This document shows, one piece after another, positions 16,620 through 25,900 of a stretch of 36,658 nucleotides of DNA (position 1 is its first letter; each line of letters starts with the position of its first letter). Both the position numbers and the translations under genes were made by a program. The stretch comes from Candidatus Zixiibacteriota bacterium (lineage in GTDB: Bacteria > Zixibacteria > MSB-5A5 > GN15 > PGXB01): the NCBI GenBank assembly GCA_030591405.1, contig JAUVBC010000001.1:1-36658 (forward strand), given 5' to 3'. Below the pieces are notes generated by a model that was not told the DNA's origin, searched no databases, and was given only the letters and a program-made list of their open reading frames with translations.

Positions 16620-19600
16620 CTATATCTCTGATGAATCATCAGTCGCTTTTATGCTAACATCACCCACCAACCGTTTTTTGATGCTTTCCGGGATGTCGGA
16701 ATACTTTTTCACCATACTATCGCCAATGGTACCGTCAACCGCTGTCCCATTTTCATCAGCATCAAAACGAACCGAAACAACTTTGGAGACGCCGGGGTTT
16801 TCCATAGTGATACCATAGAGAACATGAGCCGATTCCATGCTGAGCTTATTATGAGTAATGATGATAAACTGGGTTTCATCAGAAAAAGTTTTTATCAATT
16901 TCAAAAAGCGCTTGATGTTGGCATCATCGAGAGGAGCATCGACTTCATCCAAAACGCAGAACGGGGAAGGTTTGGTCAGATAAATCGCAAACAATAATGA
17001 AATTGCGGTTAATGCTCTTTCACCGCCCGACATCTGCGCGATCGATAGCAGCTTTTTCCCTCTCGGTCGTGCAATGATCTCAATAGGAGATTCAAGCGGT
17101 TCTTCCGGATTGGTCAGGCGGACATCGGCTTCACCACCAGTAAATAGTTCTTCAAATACTTTTTTGAAGTTTCCACGGACCTCATCAAACGTATCTGAAA
17201 AAAGTTTTTTGGCGGTAGAGTTTATTTTAGTGATAGTTGTTTGCAAAGTTGATTTAGCGCTTAGTAAGTCAGCCAACTGGGTTGATAAAAATTCATGACG
17301 CTCACTCGATTCGCTAAACTCTTCCAAAGCAAGCAGATTTACTGCTCCCATATTCCTGATTGATTCCTTCAGCTCCAGCATTCTTTCCCGTCTCTTTTCT
17401 TCTGGAATTTTACTGTTGGGAATTTCGGCAATTATCTCATCAAGATTTATATCACACTCTTCCTGAAGATTTTCCTTGATATTTCTAACTTCGGAATCAA
17501 TCTCAGTCAATCTGATTTCTGTTTCATGCAATTGTGAGCCGATATTCTCGCGATTTTGCCTGATACTTTTTACTTCATTTTCACGCTTGTCGATTTCAAG
17601 CTGAATGCTTTCCCGTTTTTCGCGGAGTTTTGTTTGTTTTTCAGAAAGGGCGGTTCGGCTTTCAAAAGTTGTTTTTAATTCTTTTTCAAGAATAAACATC
17701 TTCTCAATGGCTTTTTTGGATTCTTCTTCTGCAATTATTATCTCTTCTGACTTCACAGTGGAATTTTGTTCAATATCGGAAATTAATTCACGAGTATGGG
17801 ATATTTGCGTTTCCAGTTGTTGTTTTTTACTTCTTTGTTCAACCAGTCCAATCTGTAAATTCGACATCTGTTTTTCGATTGCCTCGGATTCGATCTCAAG
17901 TTGATTCAGTAAAACAGAATGTTCTTCCTGTGCCTTGGTAAGTTTATCTTTATCAACTGAAAGTTGATCATGGCTAAGATTCAGGTTGTACTGTCGATTT
18001 TTCAGCATCTCCAACTTTTGATTTTGACTTGAGCGCTCATTGCTTAATCTGGCTATGTCGTTTTGTTTTGTCTGGTGGTCATATTTCACAGCCATTAAAT
18101 CTTTTTCGATTATTTCCAGTTCCTTTTCAAGCGAGTCAATATCAAGTATAACCGTTCTGAGCTCAGCCTGCCTGGTGCCGATTGCGGCTGTGATTTTATC
18201 ACGAGATTCTTTTAGTGAATTTATTCTACCGGTAAGATCGGCAATGATTTTTTCCTGGTGTGCCACTTTTTCTTTGCGCCCAAGCAGCGATGTCTCATCG
18301 GATGAACCACCGGAAACTACGGCGTTATTTTTAAAATATTTTCCGTCGGGTGTAACCGCTTCAAAATAGGGAGGAAGCAGGTTTACAATTTCGCAGCCGT
18401 CCCCGGGGCCCATGACCGCCACCCGCGATAATAGCACCTTCGCCAAACTGCTTAATTCATCGGAAACGGAAACAAATTTATCGCCCCAATCCAAAAAGCG
18501 ATTACTATTTATTGTTGGTCTGACTGATGGCTCCATTGAATTGGCTTCATCGAGTATAATAAATCCGGCTCGTCCCTTTTTTTCTTCTCTAAGATAGTTG
18601 ATAATATTGTCAACAGTGTCGCGATCGCGGCATATTAAATAACCGGCCGTTTCTCCCAGTGCTGCTTCAATAGCATACTCATATCCTTCTGACGGGATCA
18701 GATTATCGGCAACCGTTCCCAGCAGGTTGGGCCAGCGATGTGACTCATCAAGGGCAGCTTTAACACCACTTCCAAATCCTTCGTAGTGGGCCATCATTTC
18801 AACCAACAGATGACGCCGCGCCTCGGCCGCTTCGAATGATGCTGTCAAGTCATAGATCTTACCCGAGACTTCATCCGAATCACTATTTTGTTTTTCGATG
18901 TCATTTTCAAAGCGATTTTGTTTGTCGTCGAGTTCTTTTGTCTTATTTGACTTTGTTTCCAGTTCATTTTCCAGAGTAGATTGTCTGGCGAAAAATTCTT
19001 TTTTCTTTATTTCAGTTTCGTCGATTATTCGACTCAATTTAATAATAGAACTATTAAGGTCGTCGTCCTGTTCTTTTAGATTTCGGTCATCACTTTTGCC
19101 GCCAGACAACTGAGATTCCAATTGCATCAGTTTTTGATTTAATTCGTCAGCGGTCAGCCTGGCTCTAAGTACTTTTTCATCGCTGATTTTGGATAATTCA
19201 CCTTGTTTGTCAACTGCACCTGTCATTTGTTCCAACTCATCGCCAAGTTTTGACAGGCCTTTTAAGACATCCTCGATCTGCTCATTCAGGATTTCTTTTC
19301 GTGTCCCAAGAGCTTTTATATCAAGTTCATTTTTATCTTTTAATGCTCTGGCATTCTCCTTTTTCTCGCGCAGAATACTGATATCTCTTTCAATCGTATG
19401 AGCCGCTTCAGATTTTTCATACACTTCGGATGATATTTGAGTCAGATCACGATCCAGATCGGTTAAATTCTTTCGTTCCTTTTCTTGTTGAGCCGACAAT
19501 GAAGTAACAGCAGTATCGAAATTTATCTTGCTATCAGATAAGATATCTTTTTTTGAAAGAAGCTCACTACGTTCCAGATTGAGTTGGTCAATAGCAGCTT

Positions 19601-20291
19601 TGCCAAGAAATATTTCCCAGCCTTTTAATTCATCCGAATATTGTTTATATTTTTCTGCTTTGCTGACCTGCCGTTTGAGAGAATTGACCCGAGTATTTAC
19701 TTCGGCAACAATATCTTTCAGGCGCAATAAATCCTGTTCGGTTGATTCCAGTTTACGAAGAGCTGCCTGCTTACGGTTTTTATACTTGGATATGCCGGCT
19801 GCTTCCTCAAAAAGGAAACGACGTTCATCGGTTCGGTCGGATAAAATAGCATCAACCATATCCTGCTGTATCATCGAATAAGCATGAGCACCAACACCAG
19901 TATCCATCAACAAGTCAATAATGTCTTTTAAACGACAAGGGACCTTGTTGAGCAAGTATTCGGAATCACCTGAACGAAACAATCGGCGGGTGATCTGCAC
20001 TTCGCCATACTCGGTTGGAAGGCGATCTTTTGTATTTTGAATAACTAAAGTAACTTCGGCCATTCCCAGCGGTTTCAGGTCGCGGGTTCCGTTAAATATG
20101 ATTTCTTCCATCTTTGTTCCGCGGAGCAGAGATACTTTTTGCTCACCTAATACCCAGCGGATTGAATCAAGAATATTACTTTTTCCGCACCCATTGGGAC
20201 CAACCACTGCAGTGACACCATCGGTTAGTTTGATGACGGTTTTATCTGGAAATGATTTAAATCCAAGAAGTTCTAATCTTTTAAGATACAA
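16620..20291 (-). CDS. smc: chromosome segregation protein SMC
   Basis: N-terminal MYLKRLELLGFKSF...GPNGCGKSNILDSIRWVLGEQ (Walker A). Long E/K/L-rich coiled coils and a central hinge (GYEYAIEAALGE). C-terminal LSGGERALTAISLLFAI and LDEVDAPLDDAN (signature and Walker B). Confidence 0.95.
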   Translation of the reverse strand: MYLKRLELLGFKSFPDKTVIKLTDGVTAVVGPNGCGKSNILDSIRWVLGEQKVSLLRGTKMEEIIFNGTRDLKPLGMAEVTLVIQNTKDRLPTEYGEVQITRRLFRSGDSEYLLNKVPCRLKDIIDLLMDTGVGAHAYSMIQQDMVDAILSDRTDERRFLFEEAAGISKYKNRKQAALRKLESTEQDLLRLKDIVAEVNTRVNSLKRQVSKAEKYKQYSDELKGWEIFLGKAAIDQLNLERSELLSKKDILSDSKINFDTAVTSLSAQQEKERKNLTDLDRDLTQISSEVYEKSEAAHTIERDISILREKKENARALKDKNELDIKALGTRKEILNEQIEDVLKGLSKLGDELEQMTGAVDKQGELSKISDEKVLRARLTADELNQKLMQLESQLSGGKSDDRNLKEQDDDLNSSIIKLSRIIDETEIKKKEFFARQSTLENELETKSNKTKELDDKQNRFENDIEKQNSDSDEVSGKIYDLTASFEAAEARRHLLVEMMAHYEGFGSGVKAALDESHRWPNLLGTVADNLIPSEGYEYAIEAALGETAGYLICRDRDTVDNIINYLREEKKGRAGFIILDEANSMEPSVRPTINSNRFLDWGDKFVSVSDELSSLAKVLLSRVAVMGPGDGCEIVNLLPPYFEAVTPDGKYFKNNAVVSGGSSDETSLLGRKEKVAHQEKIIADLTGRINSLKESRDKITAAIGTRQAELRTVILDIDSLEKELEIIEKDLMAVKYDHQTKQNDIARLSNERSSQNQKLEMLKNRQYNLNLSHDQLSVDKDKLTKAQEEHSVLLNQLEIESEAIEKQMSNLQIGLVEQRSKKQQLETQISHTRELISDIEQNSTVKSEEIIIAEEESKKAIEKMFILEKELKTTFESRTALSEKQTKLREKRESIQLEIDKRENEVKSIRQNRENIGSQLHETEIRLTEIDSEVRNIKENLQEECDINLDEIIAEIPNSKIPEEKRRERMLELKESIRNMGAVNLLALEEFSESSERHEFLSTQLADLLSAKSTLQTTITKINSTAKKLFSDTFDEVRGNFKKVFEELFTGGEADVRLTNPEEPLESPIEIIARPRGKKLLSIAQMSGGERALTAISLLFAIYLTKPSPFCVLDEVDAPLDDANIKRFLKLIKTFSDETQFIIITHNKLSMESAHVLYGITMENPGVSKVVSVRFDADENGTAVDGTIGDSMVKKYSDIPESIKKRLVGDVSIKATDDSSEI

Positions 20292-20318
20292 TGTTCCTCC
20301 AGTATCCTATGAAGCGGA

Positions 20319-20885
20319 CTAATTTATTTTAGATTGTCCATAATCTATCAAGCGATTTACGGTTTCAATCATCGATTTATATATGTTTTTCTCATCACGT
20401 AAGTATCTGGTTTTAATTTCAAGATTAAAAAATGGCTGGCCCAAATGATTGGCCCTGCCGACCCGAATCGTATTCGGATATGAAAGGAGTATCGCCTGAG
20501 CAAAATAATTGATATCAAGGTTCATATCTAAAATTAGATTATACTTATGCTCATTCAAAAGCTCGATATAGCTTTTTTTGGGGAGTCCTGAGATGGTTAG
20601 ATGTTTGGCCGTCGGCGTTAATATATAATATCCTTTGCGGGGAAAAATATCGTATATCCTGCTCCCCGGTGAGGCCAGTAGATATATCTGAGCTTTTGAA
20701 AATATTCTGGTAACCTCTGGAAGTAGATTTTTTACCATTGTAAGTTCACGCTGGTCAGGAGGCAGGCAGACAAGCACCGATTCAACTTTGTTTAAATCGG
20801 ATGGGAGATTAATGTCTCCCGGTGCAAATTTGCTTGCCATCAAACGAAGCTTGAATCGAGCCATATAATCTCTAAAGCTCGCCAA
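20319..20885 (-). CDS. hypothetical protein (188 aa) embedded between rodZ and smc
   Basis: An ORF with no motif I can name. It overlaps the rodZ stop by 14 nt and ends 27 nt before the smc start, so it is probably co-transcribed. Confidence 0.55.
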   Translation of the reverse strand: MASFRDYMARFKLRLMASKFAPGDINLPSDLNKVESVLVCLPPDQRELTMVKNLLPEVTRIFSKAQIYLLASPGSRIYDIFPRKGYYILTPTAKHLTISGLPKKSYIELLNEHKYNLILDMNLDINYFAQAILLSYPNTIRVGRANHLGQPFFNLEIKTRYLRDEKNIYKSMIETVNRLIDYGQSKIN

Positions 20886-21759
20886 TGCCCTGTTCCTCCG
20901 AGTTTATCTCTTCAGCTATTTGAAAGTACTGCTCTTTATTCAAATTAGTGATTTCAATGTTCCTGACCGGACGTCCGGTTTGAGAGAATGGTCTAAGAAG
21001 GTTGCCATTTAATTTCATCACTAATCCATTGGGATTCCCGGCGGTCAACAAAAATTGCTCATGGGCTGAAACGGTGCGGTAACTGCCTGAGTCAAGGTTC
21101 CGGTTTAGGACCGTATCGCCATCAGCCATGATCAAGATCCAACTCAAATCAGTCGCATCAATGCGTAATTTCATTTCCGGTCCTAAAGGTATCGGTGGGG
21201 TCGTTGGAATTGATTCGATCTCAGCAGATGCAACAGTTGTATCTGCTGAATTGTCGGGTGCGTTATCAGCAACTTTTCCAGTAGTAATCTCAATTAATGA
21301 CTGTTCAGTCTCAGGTTTATCAGCATTATCTCCTGAATTAAAAATAAATAATATCGCTATAATGATAATAACGACTACGGCAGCTATCCAAATACCGATC
21401 TTGGCAAATGAATTGTTATTATTTATATCATTGGTTTCAAGGGACTTGATTTCTTCTTCAGTCGCCTCGGGACCAAGCGCCTCGACCCGCTCAAGTTCCA
21501 AACTCTCTGCAGTTGTCACCACAAATATAAGATCGGGATCCTGACCCAATTCGCGGGCATATGATCGGGCAAACAGATTATAATACACAGTGGAAGGGAA
21601 TTCTTCAACGCGGCCGGCTTCAATTGCCTCGAGATAGCCTTCGGATACTTTAGTATCCTTGGCAATATCCTTGAGCTCTTTTTTCTGTTCCAGTCTGAGC
21701 GCCTTAAGTTGTTTACCAATATCAATATGATAGTTACCCATTGGACTCCTTATATTCAA
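20872..21759 (-). CDS. rodZ: RodZ-like cytoskeleton protein (HTH + TM + DUF4115-like C-terminal domain)
   Basis: IGKQLKALRLEQKKELKDIAKDTKVSEGYLEAIEAGRVEEFPSTVYYNLFARSYARELG (XRE-type HTH). A single TM segment (IGIWIAAVVVIIIIAILFIF) and a C-terminal beta-rich domain (LRIDATDLSWILIMADGD...). The start could be the internal ATG at 21741. Confidence 0.8.
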   Translation of the reverse strand: MNIRSPMGNYHIDIGKQLKALRLEQKKELKDIAKDTKVSEGYLEAIEAGRVEEFPSTVYYNLFARSYARELGQDPDLIFVVTTAESLELERVEALGPEATEEEIKSLETNDINNNNSFAKIGIWIAAVVVIIIIAILFIFNSGDNADKPETEQSLIEITTGKVADNAPDNSADTTVASAEIESIPTTPPIPLGPEMKLRIDATDLSWILIMADGDTVLNRNLDSGSYRTVSAHEQFLLTAGNPNGLVMKLNGNLLRPFSQTGRPVRNIEITNLNKEQYFQIAEEINSEEQGIGEL

Positions 21760-22357
21760 TTATTCTGCCGGCCAAATTATCAAGCAGATTCATCGGCAGA
21801 CCAATTACATTATCCAAATTTCCCTCAATTCTGTCAACTAAAAAACCCCCCGCGCCTTGTATTCCATAGGCTCCGGCCTTATCGAGAGGTTCTTTTGTGG
21901 AAATATATTCAATTAAACGTGATTTTTCAATTTTATTAAAATAGACATCGGTCAATTCATAATCGGTAAAGACCGGTCCGTTTGCCTGTTGTAATGAAAC
22001 TGCCGAACAAACAGTATGGCAATTGCCCGATAATTTGGTCAGCATCGCCAGCGCTTCTTTGGGAGAATTTGGCTTACCAAGGACTTCATTATCAATAACA
22101 ACAATTGTATCACAACCCAAAACGATAAAATTTTTTGGTGCCTTTTGTGTTATCGCTATTGCTTTTTTTTGAGCCAGATCGGATGCCGTTTGATACGGAT
22201 GGTCCCAGTTTTCGCCATTCTCATCAATACCGGGAATAATCTGCTCGAATTTAATACCTGCTTCTTTGAGTAATCGAACCCTCCGTGGTGAACCAGAGGC
22301 GAGAATCAGCTTATTATCTGCAAGGAGTTTATTTAGATTGAAATAGTTTTTCATCAT
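21734..22357 (-). CDS. maf: Maf-like nucleoside triphosphate pyrophosphatase
   Basis: LILASGSPRRVRLLKEAGIKFE, GCDTIVVIDNEVLGKP, EPLDKAGAYGIQGAGGFLVDRIEGNLDNVIGLP. Confidence 0.9.
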   Translation of the reverse strand: MMKNYFNLNKLLADNKLILASGSPRRVRLLKEAGIKFEQIIPGIDENGENWDHPYQTASDLAQKKAIAITQKAPKNFIVLGCDTIVVIDNEVLGKPNSPKEALAMLTKLSGNCHTVCSAVSLQQANGPVFTDYELTDVYFNKIEKSRLIEYISTKEPLDKAGAYGIQGAGGFLVDRIEGNLDNVIGLPMNLLDNLAGRIIEYKESNG

Positions 22358-22790
22358 CCAACATTATTGTAACCGGGCCATCATTATTCAATGCAATATC
22401 CATTTTGGCGCCAAAGATTCCGGATTCCATCTTTAGGCCGCTCATCTGGAACTCTTTTATTAACCGTTCATACATTTTTTCGGCCTCGTCGGGAGGCATG
22501 CTATTATCAAACCCGGGACGCCGGCCTTTCCGACAATTGGCGTATAACGTAAATTGAGATACTACCAAAAGCTCTCCAGATATATCTAACAGCGATAAAT
22601 TCATTTTTCCCTGCTCATCTTCAAACAGGCGCAGATTCAGACATTTTTCGGCCATCTTTCCCAGATTGCTGTTCATCTCATCTTTTTTAAAACCGCAGAG
22701 AACAAGTAAGCCGCGACCAATCTGACCAACTATTTTATTGTCAACCATAACCGAAGCCTGACTGACTCTTTGTATAAGCAGACGCATCAT
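22329..22790 (-). CDS. dtd: D-aminoacyl-tRNA deacylase
   Basis: MRLLIQRVSQASV...SQFTLYANCRKGRRPGF...GIFGAKMDIALNNDGPVTIMLD. Tandem ATGs at 22790 and 22787; the second is more likely the start. Confidence 0.9.
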   Translation of the reverse strand: MMRLLIQRVSQASVMVDNKIVGQIGRGLLVLCGFKKDEMNSNLGKMAEKCLNLRLFEDEQGKMNLSLLDISGELLVVSQFTLYANCRKGRRPGFDNSMPPDEAEKMYERLIKEFQMSGLKMESGIFGAKMDIALNNDGPVTIMLDDEKLFQSK

Positions 22791-22850
22791 GTAATAAATG
22801 TAAGTTCTTAATATTTATCAATGAATTTAGTGCATTTAAAAAATTAATAA

Positions 22851-22879
22851 TTGCATTATCGACTAAAACAGCGTATTAA
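22851..22879 (+). promoter_or_regulatory. putative promoter for the activase gene
   Basis: TTGCAT (22851..22856), a 17-nt spacer, then TATTAA (22874..22879), in the divergent intergenic region. Confidence 0.3.
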
Positions 22880-22909
22880 CTTCCAGTAAACATTTAAAGC
22901 GAGAAATCA

Positions 22910-25900
22910 GTGGATAATTATTCTATAGGCGTAGACATCGGGTCGGTTTCAGTCAAAGTGGCTGTGCTTGATAACCACCAAAATATTATCAAAACTGAAT
23001 ATCGACGCTATCATGGTCGCCCGTTTCAGATTTTAAAGGAACTTCTCGATAACAGCTTCAAAGATTATTTATCAGAAGCGGTCTTTATCGGATTCACCGG
23101 AATCGGGGGGAGAGTCGGAGCGGAGATACTGGGCGGATTATCATTTGGCGAAATCGCCTGTATTGCCTCGGCCAACTATGTTCTTTTGCCTAATGTTCAA
23201 TCAATCATCGAGATGGGCGGAGAAGACTCAAAATATATTCAGCTTGATCCTGAGAAGAAGGTTGTTGTCGATTTTAGCATGAATAATCTTTGCGCCGCCG
23301 GAACTGGTTCCTTTTTGGATCAGCAAGCGGGGCGTCTGAAAATATCAATTGATAAAGAGTTCGGACAGATGGCGCTGAAATCAAAAAATCCGCCAAGAAT
23401 CGCAGGGCGGTGTTCTGTTTTTGCTAAGTCCGATATGATTCATCTACAGCAGATTGCCACACCCGATTTTGAGATTGTCGCAGGACTTTGCTACGCGGTC
23501 GCCAGGAATTTTAAAAGCAGCATTGCTCGAGGTAAGAAATTTATCCCTCCAGTTGCTTTTGAGGGCGGGGTAGCGGCTAACCCGGGTGTTATCAGAGCCT
23601 TCAAAGATATTCTGGAAATAGACGAAAACGATCTGATAATTCCCAAATATTTTAATGTGATTGGTGCCATTGGCGCCGCTATGCAGGCCCAAACACACGC
23701 GGATAATAAGCTTGTAAATATAAACAGTGAAAAAATAACAGGATATTTGAATTATAGGAATCTTCCCGAAGCAGGTCTTAATAAGCTAAGTTTTGATTAT
23801 CCCGATTCAAAATATTATTCTGTAACCAAAACAGAAACAAATAAAGAAAAGAAAAATATTGAGGTTTATCTCGGTCTGGATGTCGGCTCTCTTTCAACTA
23901 ATTTGGTTCTGATTGACAAAGATAAAAAAGTTATTGCGCGGCGTTACCTGATGACCGAAGGGCGGCCAATTGAGGCGGTCAGGCGTGGTTTGGGTGAGAT
24001 CGGTGATGAGATTGGCGAGATGGTGAAAGTTTTAGGTGTTGGCACCACCGGTTCAGGAAGATACCTGACCGGAGATTTTGTCGGCGCCGATATTGTCAAA
24101 AATGAGATTACTGCTCAGGCGACCGCCGCAATAGAAATTGATCCAAACGTTGATACAATTTTTGAGATCGGCGGGCAGGATTCCAAATATATCTCACTGC
24201 AAAATAAAACCGTGATTGATTTTGAGATGAATAAAGCCTGTGCCGCCGGAACCGGATCATTTCTCCAGGAGCAGGCCGAAAAGCTGGAAATCAATATTGA
24301 AAAGGAATTTGGAGATAGAGCGCTTTCGGCCGAATGTCCGGTTGGGTGTGGTGAACGCTGCACAGTGTTTATGGAATCAGATCTGGTTAGTCATCAAAGA
24401 CGAGGCGCCAAAACTGATGATATTATTGCTGGACTGGCCTACTCAATCGTATCTAACTATTTGACCAAAGTAGTTGGCGACCGAAAAATTGGTGATAACA
24501 TTTTTTTCCAGGGCGGGGTTGCTTGGAATCGCGGTGTCGTGGCAGCTTTTGAAAAAATGATCGGGAAAAAAGTAACGGTTCCTCCACACCATGACATTAC
24601 TGGCGCAATCGGAACTGCTCTTTTGGCGATGGAGGCTGATACCGGGGGGGCAACCAATTTCCGAGGTTTTGATCTGTCGAAAAGGGAATACTCAGTCAGT
24701 AGTTTCACCTGCGAGGATTGCGATAATCACTGCGAAATCAGAAAAGTGGAACTGGAGAATGAAGAGCCGCTTTACTATGGCAGCCGTTGTGAAAAATATG
24801 ATATAAAAGAAAAATCTGAGGCTAATGAAACAATAGATTATTTCCAACTTCGCCAGCAGTATTTATTAAAGCGGTATATCGATGTCGATTCAAAGACTCT
24901 TACCAGAGGGCGGGTCGGATTCCCGCGGATTCTTCATTTTTTTGAGCATTATCCTTTCTGGAAAGCAATATTTGAATCACTCGGTTTTAAAGTTGTTAAT
25001 AGCGATATTTCTAATCAGGAGATTGTAGAATCGGCTCTTGAAAGGTTCTCGGCCGAAACCTGTTTTCCGATAAAATTGGCTTATGGGCATATTCAAAATC
25101 TAATTGAAAAAAAGGTTGATTATATATTTCTTCCCAGTCTAACCCGCTTTACCGAGGGAGATAGCCCCGAGGAAGGGAGTTCGATCTGTTTATATGTCCA
25201 GTCTATTTCAAGTTCGATTCAGGCACGATTTAATTTTGAAAAGACTGGTATTAAATTTATTGGCGACCCGATTCATCTGCAACAGAATAGTAAGTTGATG
25301 CACAAGCAGATGCGACAATTAGCTAAAGAATTACATGTATCAGATAATAAAATGAAAACTGCCATTGATAAAGGATTTAAAGCATATAGTCTGTTTACAG
25401 ATAATTTGCTTCGAACCGGCAAGGAGTTTTTGAAAAATCTTCAGCCGGACGAAAAATGTTTGGTTGTTGTCAGTCGACCATATAATGGCTTTGATCGCCG
25501 TCTTTCTCTTGAGATACCGAAGAAAATCAGAAAGATGGGAATAAAGGTCATTCATATAGATTTTCTGAGTCTCGATATTCATAACGACGATTTAGCTTCG
25601 ATGTATTGGTTATATGGCAGAAAGATTCTTTCATCGGCCAATATTATCCGAAATCATCCAAATTTGTATGCCGTTTTTTTAACATCGTTTGGTTGCGGTC
25701 CCGATTCGTTTATTACCCATTTCTTCAGAAAAAGTATGTCAGGGAAGCCATACCTGCAGCTCGAACTTGACGAACATTCGGCCGACGCCGGAATGATAAC
25801 CCGGTTAGAAGCCTTTTGGGATTCATTAAGACACTATGAATATAAAGAGCCGATTACCGAATATTCCCCGGCGAAACAGCGTTTCAATGCCGACAATAAG

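Noticed and set aside
16600-20322. Numerous plus-strand 61-117-aa ORFs rich in Ser/Phe/Leu across the smc locus.
   Set aside because: They are antisense to the E/K/L-rich coiled coil of SMC (GAA/AAA codons read as TTC/TTT). These are classic shadow ORFs.
21128-21939. ORFs 21128..21544 (+), 21516..21725 (-) and 21709..21939 (+) overlapping rodZ and maf.
   Set aside because: They are alternative-frame or antisense ORFs within recognisable genes, low-complexity, with no RBS.
23444-25582. Minus- and plus-strand ORFs of 71-84 aa inside the activase fusion gene.
   Set aside because: They are fully nested in a 1393-aa ORF with clear domain motifs, and have no independent signals.
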